From a virus (Duplodnaviria; Caudoviricetes), in the IMG/VR virus record IMGVR_UViG_3300020191_001397, positions 1 through 26,138 of that record: DNA of 26,138 bases, one strand, 5' to 3'. Made by a program: the position numbers and the translations under genes. The notes below the pieces were generated by a model that was not told where the DNA came from, made no database searches, and saw only the letters and a program-made list of their open reading frames with translations. This document shows, one piece after another, positions 1-8,383 of the stretch. How positions within the stretch are numbered: position 1 is the first letter of the stretch; each line of letters begins with the position of its first letter.

Positions 1-333
1 TGTATTGGTGGCGAGAAAGAAGTTACTGAAAGCAATACAGAAATGTGCAATCAGGTATTTGGTATTATATCAACAAATCCAGGACTTATGCTTAATGCAG
101 GTGCTGGAGACGACAACACGCACCCATACATTGCACTTGCAGGTAGGGTACCATGTCGGGTAGTAGGAAAAGTAAACAAAGGAGATCGATTAGTCACTTC
201 AGGTACAGATGGTCATGCTAGAGCAGCATCCGAAAGCGAAAATTTCAATTACATGCACGTAATTGGAAGAGCTCTTGAAACCAAAATCAACGACGAACCT
301 GGGTTGATTGAAGTAGTTGTAGGAGCAAAATAA
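1..333 (+). CDS. C-terminal part of a phage tail/fibre protein with a peptidase G2-like intramolecular chaperone (autoproteolytic) domain; 5'-truncated by the window
   Basis: Frame 1 is open from base 1 (CIGGEKEVTESNTEM...), so the ATG at 43 is internal. IGGEKEVT, VFGIISTNPG, IALAGRVPCRVVGKVNKGDRLVTS and VIGRALE resemble this domain type at the end of phage fibre proteins. Confidence 0.7.
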   Translation, partial: CIGGEKEVTESNTEMCNQVFGIISTNPGLMLNAGAGDDNTHPYIALAGRVPCRVVGKVNKGDRLVTSGTDGHARAASESENFNYMHVIGRALETKINDEPGLIEVVVGAK

Positions 334-1584
334 GTGGCTCACGTTTCAGTCGGAAAACTAATTGAAGCAATAGATTACAACACGTTGGCGACCACCGTCA
401 ACAAGTTGTTTGCTGACAATTATTCCACTGTACAATATCCAGCTACATTTACTGGCAATACATTAAACAATGCAAGTGCCAGTAATGCTATCTTTACTAT
501 TCACGAAACAGATTATCCATCTAGTAGCCCTGGTACAGGGCCGTTTACACTTTCACCAGCACCAACAGCTGGTGATTTTTTAGTAGTTCAAGTGGGAAAT
601 GAAGTTAAAGTTCTGGGATTTTCAATTGATTACTCTGCTGGAACTATTACATTTACACAACCATTACCGCAAGCAACACGTGTTGTTGTATACAATAGAA
701 CAACACATAGATTTGGATATGGTAGCAGTGCCGTAGTAAACAATTTACAGGTTGGAGACATTGTTGAAGCAGTACACATGAATGGTTTAATTAACAGAAC
801 TAATATTATGTTAGACCATGTTGGCAGTAACACAAGATACAATGTTGTACCTGTAGGACAACTTGTTTATGCTAGTGGACACAACAATCTAGAAAATACA
901 ATTGATACTGAACTATTTGCTAATAATACACATCTTACTGTAGATGCTGCCAGTGTTGTTAGTGGTCCTAGTTTTACACGGTCACAAGACTGGACTAATA
1001 GGCTAGAAGGTATATTTGCTTATACATTTACAGACTATAATCAAGCTAGATACTTTTTTAATAGTGGTGGAGAAATGCGCTGGGCACTAAATGCAACTGG
1101 TAATATCAGCAATGATGGATATGTAAGTTGGAGCAGTGTATTTAATAGACTGGGCACAGTACGTATGAATCATGACACTACCCTACAGAGCGGTACTGGT
1201 GGTATCAGTAACGGTAAAGGATTTTATCATCTTACTGATGATTGGCAATTAATTTTTACAAGTGCTGGCCCACGCACTGGTAGCGGATATGGATATGGAT
1301 ATGGATATGGATATGGATACGGCTATGGATACGGTTATGGTAGCAGTTATTCAGCTGTATATGCTCAATTTTATGCAAAATATGTAGAAGTAAATGGTAA
1401 TTGGCAAGTACAAATTAAAGTAGTACTTGATGATACTTCATACCACACAGCAGTTATAGGTACTACAGAATTCTTAAGTAGTACACTTCAACCAAATAAT
1501 CTAACACAAAATAATGTCAACTATAGTGTTACAGGTCCGGTTATAACAGCCATTGAAGATTTTAACAGCGGAAACGACAGTTAA
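334..1584 (+). CDS. Putative virion structural protein (tail fibre/baseplate-associated) with a (GY)9 tract
   Basis: 416 aa, GTG start abutting the upstream stop, rich in T/S/G/N. Three copies of VxVGxxIxAxxxNxL, a beta-rich segment (PFTL...DYSAGTITFTQP...VVVY) and YTFTDYNQARYFFNSGGEMR, which I recognise from large-phage structural proteins. Confidence 0.65.
   Translation: MAHVSVGKLIEAIDYNTLATTVNKLFADNYSTVQYPATFTGNTLNNASASNAIFTIHETDYPSSSPGTGPFTLSPAPTAGDFLVVQVGNEVKVLGFSIDYSAGTITFTQPLPQATRVVVYNRTTHRFGYGSSAVVNNLQVGDIVEAVHMNGLINRTNIMLDHVGSNTRYNVVPVGQLVYASGHNNLENTIDTELFANNTHLTVDAASVVSGPSFTRSQDWTNRLEGIFAYTFTDYNQARYFFNSGGEMRWALNATGNISNDGYVSWSSVFNRLGTVRMNHDTTLQSGTGGISNGKGFYHLTDDWQLIFTSAGPRTGSGYGYGYGYGYGYGYGYGYGSSYSAVYAQFYAKYVEVNGNWQVQIKVVLDDTSYHTAVIGTTEFLSSTLQPNNLTQNNVNYSVTGPVITAIEDFNSGNDS
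1285..1341 (+). repeat. Hexamer tandem repeat GGNTAY x9 encoding (Gly-Tyr)9-Gly
   Basis: Five perfect GGATAT units (1285-1314), then GGATAC, GGCTAT, GGATAC, GGTTAT, GGT, in frame within 334..1584. Confidence 0.95.
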
Positions 1585-1589
1585 AACAC

Positions 1590-1618
1590 TTGACACGCAA
1601 TCATAAATAAGTTATAGT
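1590..1618 (+). promoter_or_regulatory. Sigma70-type promoter with an embedded ATAAATA (T4-late-like) element
   Basis: TTGACA (1590-1595), 17 bp spacer, TATAGT (1613-1618). CATAAATA lies at 1602-1609 in the spacer. Located in the largest intergenic gap of the window. Confidence 0.75.
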
Positions 1619-1637
1619 AGTAGTTAAATAACCGCAT

Positions 1638-1644
1638 AGGAGGT
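1638..1644 (+). promoter_or_regulatory. Strong Shine-Dalgarno sequence
   Basis: AGGAGGT ending 9 nt upstream of the ATG at 1654. Confidence 0.85.
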
Positions 1645-1653
1645 AAAAACACT

Positions 1654-2001
1654 ATGGATGAACGCTTGGCCAAAGCATTGGAATTTTCTAACTATCGTAG
1701 TACGGTAGAAAACCAAAAACGTAATCTACGCAGTCGTGTAGACAGTTTACAAACAATCACATATAATAACGGAACTTTTAAAGCCGATAAATCAACAATC
1801 AGTTTTGTCAATACATTAATTAATTTGGACAATACTGAAATTGTAGTTGTTGACGAAAGAAATAACCCTATTGAAGTTTCAGATCCAAAGGAATTTTTAA
1901 CAACACTTGTAGAAGCATATAATGGTTCTATGAATGAATTTTTAGCAGAGTCTAAAAAACTAGCAAAGGCTAGAAGTATTAAAAAAATTATGGATTGGTA
2001 A
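1654..2001 (+). CDS. Conserved large-phage hypothetical protein, possibly tail-assembly-chaperone-like
   Basis: 115 aa with a strong RBS and promoter. Helical N-terminus (MDERLAKALEFSNY), then ITYNNGTFKAD and DERNNPIEV, loosely like DUF4376-type proteins. The function is a guess. Confidence 0.55.
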   Translation: MDERLAKALEFSNYRSTVENQKRNLRSRVDSLQTITYNNGTFKADKSTISFVNTLINLDNTEIVVVDERNNPIEVSDPKEFLTTLVEAYNGSMNEFLAESKKLAKARSIKKIMDW

Positions 2002-2004
2002 TCA

Positions 2005-2895
2005 ATGAGTTACAACGGCGTTTGTTTCTTTGCTTATAATAATAAAGATATCGACTATGTTAAATTAGCATTGCTTGCGGCATTATATGTAAAGAAATTT
2101 ATGAAAAATAACAACACCTGCCTTATAACTGAGGAAGGTGATTTCAAATACTTGGTTAGCAGTCGTGGACAAGACTTAGTTGACAAGGCATTTGATGAAG
2201 TTGTGTTTACAAAAGTTAAACATAAACAAAATATGCGGACTCACTTTGACAGTCCATGGACTAAATTTACTAGTGAATTTAAAAATAGCAACAAGCATTT
2301 AATTTCACAATACAGTCCGTTTGATAAAACATTATTATTGGATATCGATTACTTTGTAAGAAATGACAGTTTAGATTATCTATTTGATAGTGATGTAAGT
2401 GTCGGTATGTATCAACAGGCTAGAAATTTAAAACATGAGCCACCATTTTTATATGAGCGTTACCTAAATCCAGTGGGAATTCCCATGTGGTGGTCAACTG
2501 TTGTTTATTTTGACAAGAGCGATGTGAGTGAGATGTTTTTTGACATTTGGGCACACGTGGCTGATAATTATGAATTTTATAAATTTTTATATAATTTTCC
2601 AGGCGCACTATTTAGAACAGATTATTGTGTGAGTATCGCTGTTCATTTAATGAATGGTATGGTAGGCACTGGTGATATGATTCATGAAATACGAGATCAA
2701 AAAATGGTTTATATGGATCAAAAAGATGAACTTTGGGAAGTTAAAAGCCCAACTGACTGGATATTTTTAGCAAACGATCGTAACGAGCCATGGAAAGATA
2801 TTGCTACTCGCAACTATTATGATAACATTCACATGATGAATAAACGTAGTATTGATCGCCACTGGAAAGAAATGCTGGAGGTTTTAGATGTCTAA
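2005..2895 (+). CDS. GT-A fold (GT8-like) nucleotide-diphospho-sugar transferase
   Basis: N-terminal GVCFFAYN...DYVKLA, FDEVVF, SPFDKTLLLDID (DxD motif) and later FRTDY. Confidence 0.7.
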   Translation: MSYNGVCFFAYNNKDIDYVKLALLAALYVKKFMKNNNTCLITEEGDFKYLVSSRGQDLVDKAFDEVVFTKVKHKQNMRTHFDSPWTKFTSEFKNSNKHLISQYSPFDKTLLLDIDYFVRNDSLDYLFDSDVSVGMYQQARNLKHEPPFLYERYLNPVGIPMWWSTVVYFDKSDVSEMFFDIWAHVADNYEFYKFLYNFPGALFRTDYCVSIAVHLMNGMVGTGDMIHEIRDQKMVYMDQKDELWEVKSPTDWIFLANDRNEPWKDIATRNYYDNIHMMNKRSIDRHWKEMLEVLDV

Positions 2896-3712
2896 TCAAG
2901 GATACATTACATTAAGTTCATCATCAGATATGGAAACACTATCTGAAGCATCACTATTAGCACGTAGTATTAAAATAAATGATAAAACTAGAGAAACATG
3001 TCTAGTTACTGATAATTATGAAAAATTGCCCAAACATATAGAGCAAAATTTTGATTATGTAGTTGAGTTACCATATGGTGCTATAATAGATCAGGACTTT
3101 GAAGTTAATATGTGGCAAATATATTATTGTACACCATTCGAACAAAATATTTGGTTACGTAAGCAGTCATTACTGATGAATAATATTGATGGTATTTGGG
3201 ATAATTTATCATATTATGATTTGTTATTTCCAGATAAAACTACAAATTTTAAAAACGAACACAGTGATTTTTTAAATTACTTTAAATGTCATGAAAAAAA
3301 TAATTTTACTACATATTTTACAGACATTTTTTATTTTAAAAAATCAGAATATGCTAGTGAATTTTTTAAACTATTAGATCCAGTATTGCAGAACTGGAGA
3401 AGTGTATATGTTAACTTAGTTAAAGAAAACAAGCCAGATTATTTTAGTTTAAATCTATTGATTAATATTACAATAAAACTATTTGGATATACTGATATAT
3501 CCAATGAGTATTTTAAGTATACATTTTTAAGTTTGGAGAATGTACAATTAGACGATCATGATTTGCCAGAAGACTGGACAAGATATTTAAGTTGTTGGGT
3601 TAAAGACAACAAGGTAAAAATAAACAATCACAATTTATCGGGGTTGTGTTTTTACAATAGCTCGACATTTATAGATCAGGACACATTGGAAGATTATGGA
3701 ATTAGCATTTGA
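2888..3712 (+). CDS. Degenerate GT-A fold paralog of 2005..2895 lacking DxD
   Basis: Collinear similarity to the upstream gene (FDYVVEL, TPFEQNIWL, FYFKKSEYASEFF), but the DxD position reads RKQ. Confidence 0.6.
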   Translation: MSNQGYITLSSSSDMETLSEASLLARSIKINDKTRETCLVTDNYEKLPKHIEQNFDYVVELPYGAIIDQDFEVNMWQIYYCTPFEQNIWLRKQSLLMNNIDGIWDNLSYYDLLFPDKTTNFKNEHSDFLNYFKCHEKNNFTTYFTDIFYFKKSEYASEFFKLLDPVLQNWRSVYVNLVKENKPDYFSLNLLINITIKLFGYTDISNEYFKYTFLSLENVQLDDHDLPEDWTRYLSCWVKDNKVKINNHNLSGLCFYNSSTFIDQDTLEDYGISI

Positions 3713-4676
3713 TCTAGTACCAACTACAGTTGTAGAAGAAAAAAAATACTTTGTTTCTTATAATGAGTGGAATGGAGAAATTAATTTTGTTACCTCCAGA
3801 CAGCCATTAGATAATACTGATGTTTTTTTAGAAACTTCCGATATTTTAGCCAAAAAAATATTAAAAGGCGATATCAATGAACGTGATTATATTGTAGCAT
3901 TTGTTGATGATGAAAATCTTGGAATTATTAAACGTGATGACAAATTGCGTTTACGTAGTAGTGAAAAAACATTACACCAAATATCCAGAACATTTAAAAA
4001 AGACTGGGATATACGTGCAAAGATATATACTGGAAATAACAAACTTCTAATAGAAATAAATCCAACAAGTATTCAAAAATTAACCAAATTAACATTTAAA
4101 AAAGAATTACATATTAGTAAGGAAAGTGACTTAACCATTTATTTGGTTAAACACAACAATCCTGATTTTTATATTGGTAGGTTAGAAGTGGATGCTGTCG
4201 AATTATTAGACAAAGGAAATTTATTATTTGACATTAGTGACACATTACAATATACTAATGTAAAAGATATTGGTTTGTTAACTAGACGTTGTTTTAAGAA
4301 CTATCATGTAGAAATTTTAAATGAAAAATTAAATATTTTACAAAACACACTTGTTAAAAATCGCAATTTTATTATTGACCGGGCATTTAAAAATTTTCCA
4401 TTCCCCCATATTACTATATACAGTAATGCAGATGGTGTTTTTGTAGAAAAAAATGTCAGCACTCATGAATTAGAAGAAATAGGTTTGTTAGAACAAATCT
4501 TAAAATTACACGTAGTTGGAAAAAACTCGATAGATGAATACTATGGTACGATATATGTTGATGTAGAAGAACTCAAAAAGCATAATACGATCAAGTTACC
4601 AGTAGAGGCAAATAACATTTTCGACTACAACTTAATACACAACAAACATAGACTGATATTGTCTATAAAGGATTAA
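3696..4676 (+). CDS. Hypothetical protein
   Basis: 326-aa ORF overlapping the upstream gene, with no recognisable catalytic motif. Confidence 0.6.
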   Translation: MELAFDLVPTTVVEEKKYFVSYNEWNGEINFVTSRQPLDNTDVFLETSDILAKKILKGDINERDYIVAFVDDENLGIIKRDDKLRLRSSEKTLHQISRTFKKDWDIRAKIYTGNNKLLIEINPTSIQKLTKLTFKKELHISKESDLTIYLVKHNNPDFYIGRLEVDAVELLDKGNLLFDISDTLQYTNVKDIGLLTRRCFKNYHVEILNEKLNILQNTLVKNRNFIIDRAFKNFPFPHITIYSNADGVFVEKNVSTHELEEIGLLEQILKLHVVGKNSIDEYYGTIYVDVEELKKHNTIKLPVEANNIFDYNLIHNKHRLILSIKD

Positions 4677-4681
4677 TACAT

Positions 4682-5668
4682 ATGGCTAACTTAGTACCAA
4701 TTACAGAATTTGACGTTATTTTTATTAGTTATGACGAACCTAATGCAGATAAAAATTATGCAGACTTATTAGATAAATGCCCATGGGCTAAACGCAGTCA
4801 TGGAGTATGGGGTAGTGATGCTGCACACAAGGCCGCCGCCGCCCTCAGTGACACTGAACGTTTTATTACTATTGATGCAGACAATATTGTGCATGATGAT
4901 TTTTTTAATATAGAACTAGATATGGACAAAGTTGGCGCTAACCATGTTATTAGTTGGGCGGGCAAAAATATGGTAAACGGACTTGTTTATGGTAATGGTG
5001 GTATTAAGTGCTGGCCAGTACATGTTGTAAATGGAATGCGTACACATGAAGCGGCACCTGAAGGAGACAAAGCGGCACAGGTTGATTTTTGTTGGAATAT
5101 TCATTATGTACAAATGAACAATATCTATTGTGATGTACACAATAACGGCAGTGCATACCAAGCATATAGAGCAGGATTTCGTGAAGGCTGTAAAATGAGT
5201 TTGGAAAACGGAGACGTTGTAGACAAATATGCACTTAAAAAGATACACAAGAGAAATTATCAACGTATGCTAGTGTGGATGAGTGTTGGAGAAGACACTC
5301 CTAATGGACTTTGGGCGATTTATGGATCACGTCTTGGTTGTTATATGACTAATATCGATCGTGATGGATGGGATTGGCGTGATGTACGTGATTTTGAATG
5401 GCACACCAAGTTTTTTCAGGAAACTGTTATGCCGCAATTTGCAGATGACGATGGTGATATGATCTGCCCTGCCACTGGATATAAGTATAATAGTCAGAAA
5501 CTTAAAGAAGAAACGTTACGTTTGGGTCGCATTTTACAGGACGAATTAGATTTAGAAATTGCAGATATGGATGAAAAAGCCAGCAGATTTTTTAAAGAAG
5601 TTTATGTTAATCCTAGTAGGTTAGGAGCGCAAGTGCGTGAAGATCAAGTAGACGACAGTTTGGAGTAA
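4682..5668 (+). CDS. Phage glycosyltransferase-like protein (SYDEP family, GT-A fold)
   Basis: DVIFISYDEPNAD, HGVWGSDAAHKAAA, FITIDAD (DxD), NGLVYGNGGIKCWP and AYRAGFREGCKM. Paralog of 24110..24814. Confidence 0.7.
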   Translation: MANLVPITEFDVIFISYDEPNADKNYADLLDKCPWAKRSHGVWGSDAAHKAAAALSDTERFITIDADNIVHDDFFNIELDMDKVGANHVISWAGKNMVNGLVYGNGGIKCWPVHVVNGMRTHEAAPEGDKAAQVDFCWNIHYVQMNNIYCDVHNNGSAYQAYRAGFREGCKMSLENGDVVDKYALKKIHKRNYQRMLVWMSVGEDTPNGLWAIYGSRLGCYMTNIDRDGWDWRDVRDFEWHTKFFQETVMPQFADDDGDMICPATGYKYNSQKLKEETLRLGRILQDELDLEIADMDEKASRFFKEVYVNPSRLGAQVREDQVDDSLE

Positions 5669-5671
5669 ACA

Positions 5672-6871
5672 ATGTCAAAAGTACTACACCAACCCTGGGC
5701 TGCTAATGCGGTTGGGCATATGCGACATCCATTATTTGGTAATGTATGGATTAAAGATACCAAAGGTTTAGATTTTAAACAGCCTGATTTAAATGGAAAA
5801 TATTGTAACAAATTGTATACCTGGTTGGAAGTAGATATGCACGGCCGGTGTTGGATGTGTTGTCCAAGTTGGCTTCCTTATCCAATTGGAAATATTTTAG
5901 AAAATTCTATAGAAGAAATATGGAATGGCGAAAAAGCACAAGAGCTACGTAAACAGGTTTTTACTGGAAAATGGGATTACTGTCAGACTGCTTTTTGTCC
6001 TATGATTCAAGGCGATCATCTTAATAATGTTTCTGATATTTTACAAGGTAAAGAATATGTCTTGCCACATGAAAAGCAAGCTCTAATATCTAAAAGTCTA
6101 ATATCAGAACAATTACCTACTTATATAAATTTTAGTAATGATGAAAGTTGTAACCTAAAGTGTCCTAGTTGCAGAACTACAAAACTACTTTATACTGAAG
6201 GTCCATTATATGATAAACGTAAACAAATCAATGATAAGTTAGTTGAAGCATTTTTGACTACACCAACAGATAGAAATTTTGGTATTTTTGTTACTGGTAG
6301 TGGAGATCCATGGGCAAGTAAAATATATAGAGACATGCTATATAATATTAATGGTAGTGATTTCCCCAATCTTACCATTAATATGCAAACTAATGGAGTA
6401 ATGTATACACCTAAACTATGGGAACGTATACACAAAATTCATAAAAATCTTGGAGATTGTAGAATAAGTTTTGATGCAGCTACAAAAGAAACTTATGAAA
6501 ATAAAACAAGGCTTAATGGTGACTGGGATTTATTGCAAAACAATTGTAAGTTTTTAGATAGCAAGCATGTTGAGTTTCCTAATTTTAGAATTTTTTACGA
6601 CTTTGTTGTTCAACAAGATAACTATCATGAAATGAAACAATACATAGAACTTATTGACAGCAGTTTTCCTAACCATAATGAAATTTGTTTTAGCATGGTG
6701 AGTGATTGGGGAACTTGGAGTCCAGAAGTATATAATCATAAATGTATTTGGAAAGAGGATCATCCAGAACATCAACAGTTTTTAGAATTTTTAAGAGATC
6801 CAATATTTGACAGACCTGATATAAGATTAGGGAATCTTTCATCAATGAGAAAAAAGGCATTAAGTAAATGA
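5672..6871 (+). CDS. Radical SAM protein with N-terminal SPASM/twitch-like domain
   Basis: CNLKCPSC (CxxxCxxC), GSGDP in place of GGEP, QTNG, ISFDA. N-terminal YC...GRCWMCC...IGNI...EIWNG...YCQTAFC. Confidence 0.85.
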   Translation: MSKVLHQPWAANAVGHMRHPLFGNVWIKDTKGLDFKQPDLNGKYCNKLYTWLEVDMHGRCWMCCPSWLPYPIGNILENSIEEIWNGEKAQELRKQVFTGKWDYCQTAFCPMIQGDHLNNVSDILQGKEYVLPHEKQALISKSLISEQLPTYINFSNDESCNLKCPSCRTTKLLYTEGPLYDKRKQINDKLVEAFLTTPTDRNFGIFVTGSGDPWASKIYRDMLYNINGSDFPNLTINMQTNGVMYTPKLWERIHKIHKNLGDCRISFDAATKETYENKTRLNGDWDLLQNNCKFLDSKHVEFPNFRIFYDFVVQQDNYHEMKQYIELIDSSFPNHNEICFSMVSDWGTWSPEVYNHKCIWKEDHPEHQQFLEFLRDPIFDRPDIRLGNLSSMRKKALSK

Positions 6872-8382
6872 ATCAACAAGAGCTCGACAAAGCAATACAG
6901 ATGCGAGAAAAATTGAATACTGTTGGTCCAGGATTTTGTCTAGCAAAATGGGATCAGGTAACAATGCACTTGCATACTGGCATGACTCATAGTTGTCACC
7001 ACCCTGCTCCACACAAGATAGATCTTGAAGATTTAGAAAACAATCCAACTGCTATACATAACAGTAAACAAAAAATAGAACAGCGCAAGGCTATGTTAGA
7101 CGGTGAACGTCCTAGTCCATGTAATTACTGTTATAAAATGGAAGATAGTAATTCAGAAGCAGTAACAGATCGATATTTAAAAAGTGCCAATCTTTTTGCA
7201 GATAGATTTGAAAAAATTAAACAAAGTGGACTGGGTGAAAAACACATACCCAGTTACTTGGAAGTTAGTTTTAGCAACGTATGCAATTTGAAATGTACTT
7301 ATTGCAGTCCTACATTTAGTAGCAGTTGGGTTAAAGAACAAGAAACAGAAACACCTATTATGTTGTTTGATGATACTACGTCAGAAAGACAGTGGGAATA
7401 TCACAGTTTAGAATGGGCAAGGCATACTGGAGAATTACCTTATAAGAATAGAGATTATAATCCGTATGTAAATGCTTTTTGGTCATGGTGGCCTGAACTA
7501 AGAACTGGTATTAAAAATTTGCGTATTACTGGTGGCGAGCCATTAATGGCCAAGGATACTTTTAAGTTACTTTCAGAAATAGAAAATAATCCTATTCCTG
7601 ATTTAGAATTAAATATTAATACAAATCTAAATGCACCTGAAAAAAATTGGCAACAGTTACTAAACTTTATTAAACGAAATGAAGATAGCAACATTGTTAA
7701 AAAATTAACACTTTTTACTAGTCTTGATGGCTGGGGAGAGCAGGCTGAATATATTCGTACCGGATTAGATTTTAATATGTTGTGGGAAAGACTCACACAA
7801 CTAATAGAAGAACATCCAACAGTTGACAATACTATAATGTCAGCGTATAGTCTGATGAGTATTCCAAGTTACGGAAAATTTTTAGAAGAAATCTTAAAAA
7901 TTAAACAATCTAAAAACAAATATAACGGCAGATTTTCAAACTATGCAAACTTTTTCCTAGAAAACAATTTAATTGACAATTGGGATAGGGGAGAAAAACC
8001 TTGTGCAGTGCATTTAGATATTAGTCCTATCACTTGGCCAGTTCATTTAGGTGTTCCAATTCCTGATAGAAAACAAACAATGCCTATGCTGTGGGACCAA
8101 TATAATTTTATGATGAACAATCTAACAGCGGGTCCTGACAATAAAAACTTTTATGATTTTGAAGCAGAAAAAATGGGTAGAGTTGTTGACTATGCTTATT
8201 ATGCTCATAGAGAAAACGAAAGGTGTGAAGAGCTAATGCAAATTTGGAAAGCAAACTTTCATATCTTTATCACTGATATGGATAAGCGCAGAAATACTAA
8301 CTTTTCCAAAACGTTTCCTGAATATGAAGATTTCTTAAATGACTGTAATTTAGATTTTAAAAAATTAAGTAGTAAGAAGTAA
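6868..8382 (+). CDS. Twitch-domain radical SAM protein
   Basis: CNLKCTYC, ITGGEP, NTNL, SLDGWGEQAEYIR. N-terminal FCLAKW...HSCHHP...PCNYC. ATGA overlap with the upstream gene. Confidence 0.88.
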   Translation: MNQQELDKAIQMREKLNTVGPGFCLAKWDQVTMHLHTGMTHSCHHPAPHKIDLEDLENNPTAIHNSKQKIEQRKAMLDGERPSPCNYCYKMEDSNSEAVTDRYLKSANLFADRFEKIKQSGLGEKHIPSYLEVSFSNVCNLKCTYCSPTFSSSWVKEQETETPIMLFDDTTSERQWEYHSLEWARHTGELPYKNRDYNPYVNAFWSWWPELRTGIKNLRITGGEPLMAKDTFKLLSEIENNPIPDLELNINTNLNAPEKNWQQLLNFIKRNEDSNIVKKLTLFTSLDGWGEQAEYIRTGLDFNMLWERLTQLIEEHPTVDNTIMSAYSLMSIPSYGKFLEEILKIKQSKNKYNGRFSNYANFFLENNLIDNWDRGEKPCAVHLDISPITWPVHLGVPIPDRKQTMPMLWDQYNFMMNNLTAGPDNKNFYDFEAEKMGRVVDYAYYAHRENERCEELMQIWKANFHIFITDMDKRRNTNFSKTFPEYEDFLNDCNLDFKKLSSKK

Positions 8383-8383
8383 T

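Noticed and set aside
1285-1341. GGATAT repeat as a CRISPR array or phase-variation switch
   Set aside because: There are no spacers, and a 6-nt unit keeps the reading frame, so it cannot switch the gene off.
1585-1653. Intrinsic terminator after the structural gene
   Set aside because: No GC stem-loop followed by a U-tract is visible.
3739-3746. A8 and similar homopolymer runs as slippage sites
   Set aside because: Expected at this AT content from Lys/Glu codons, and the frames are intact.
4832-4843. (GCC)4 GC-rich run in an AT-rich genome
   Set aside because: It encodes Ala4 in the conserved AHKAAAAL helix, with no complementary arm for a hairpin.
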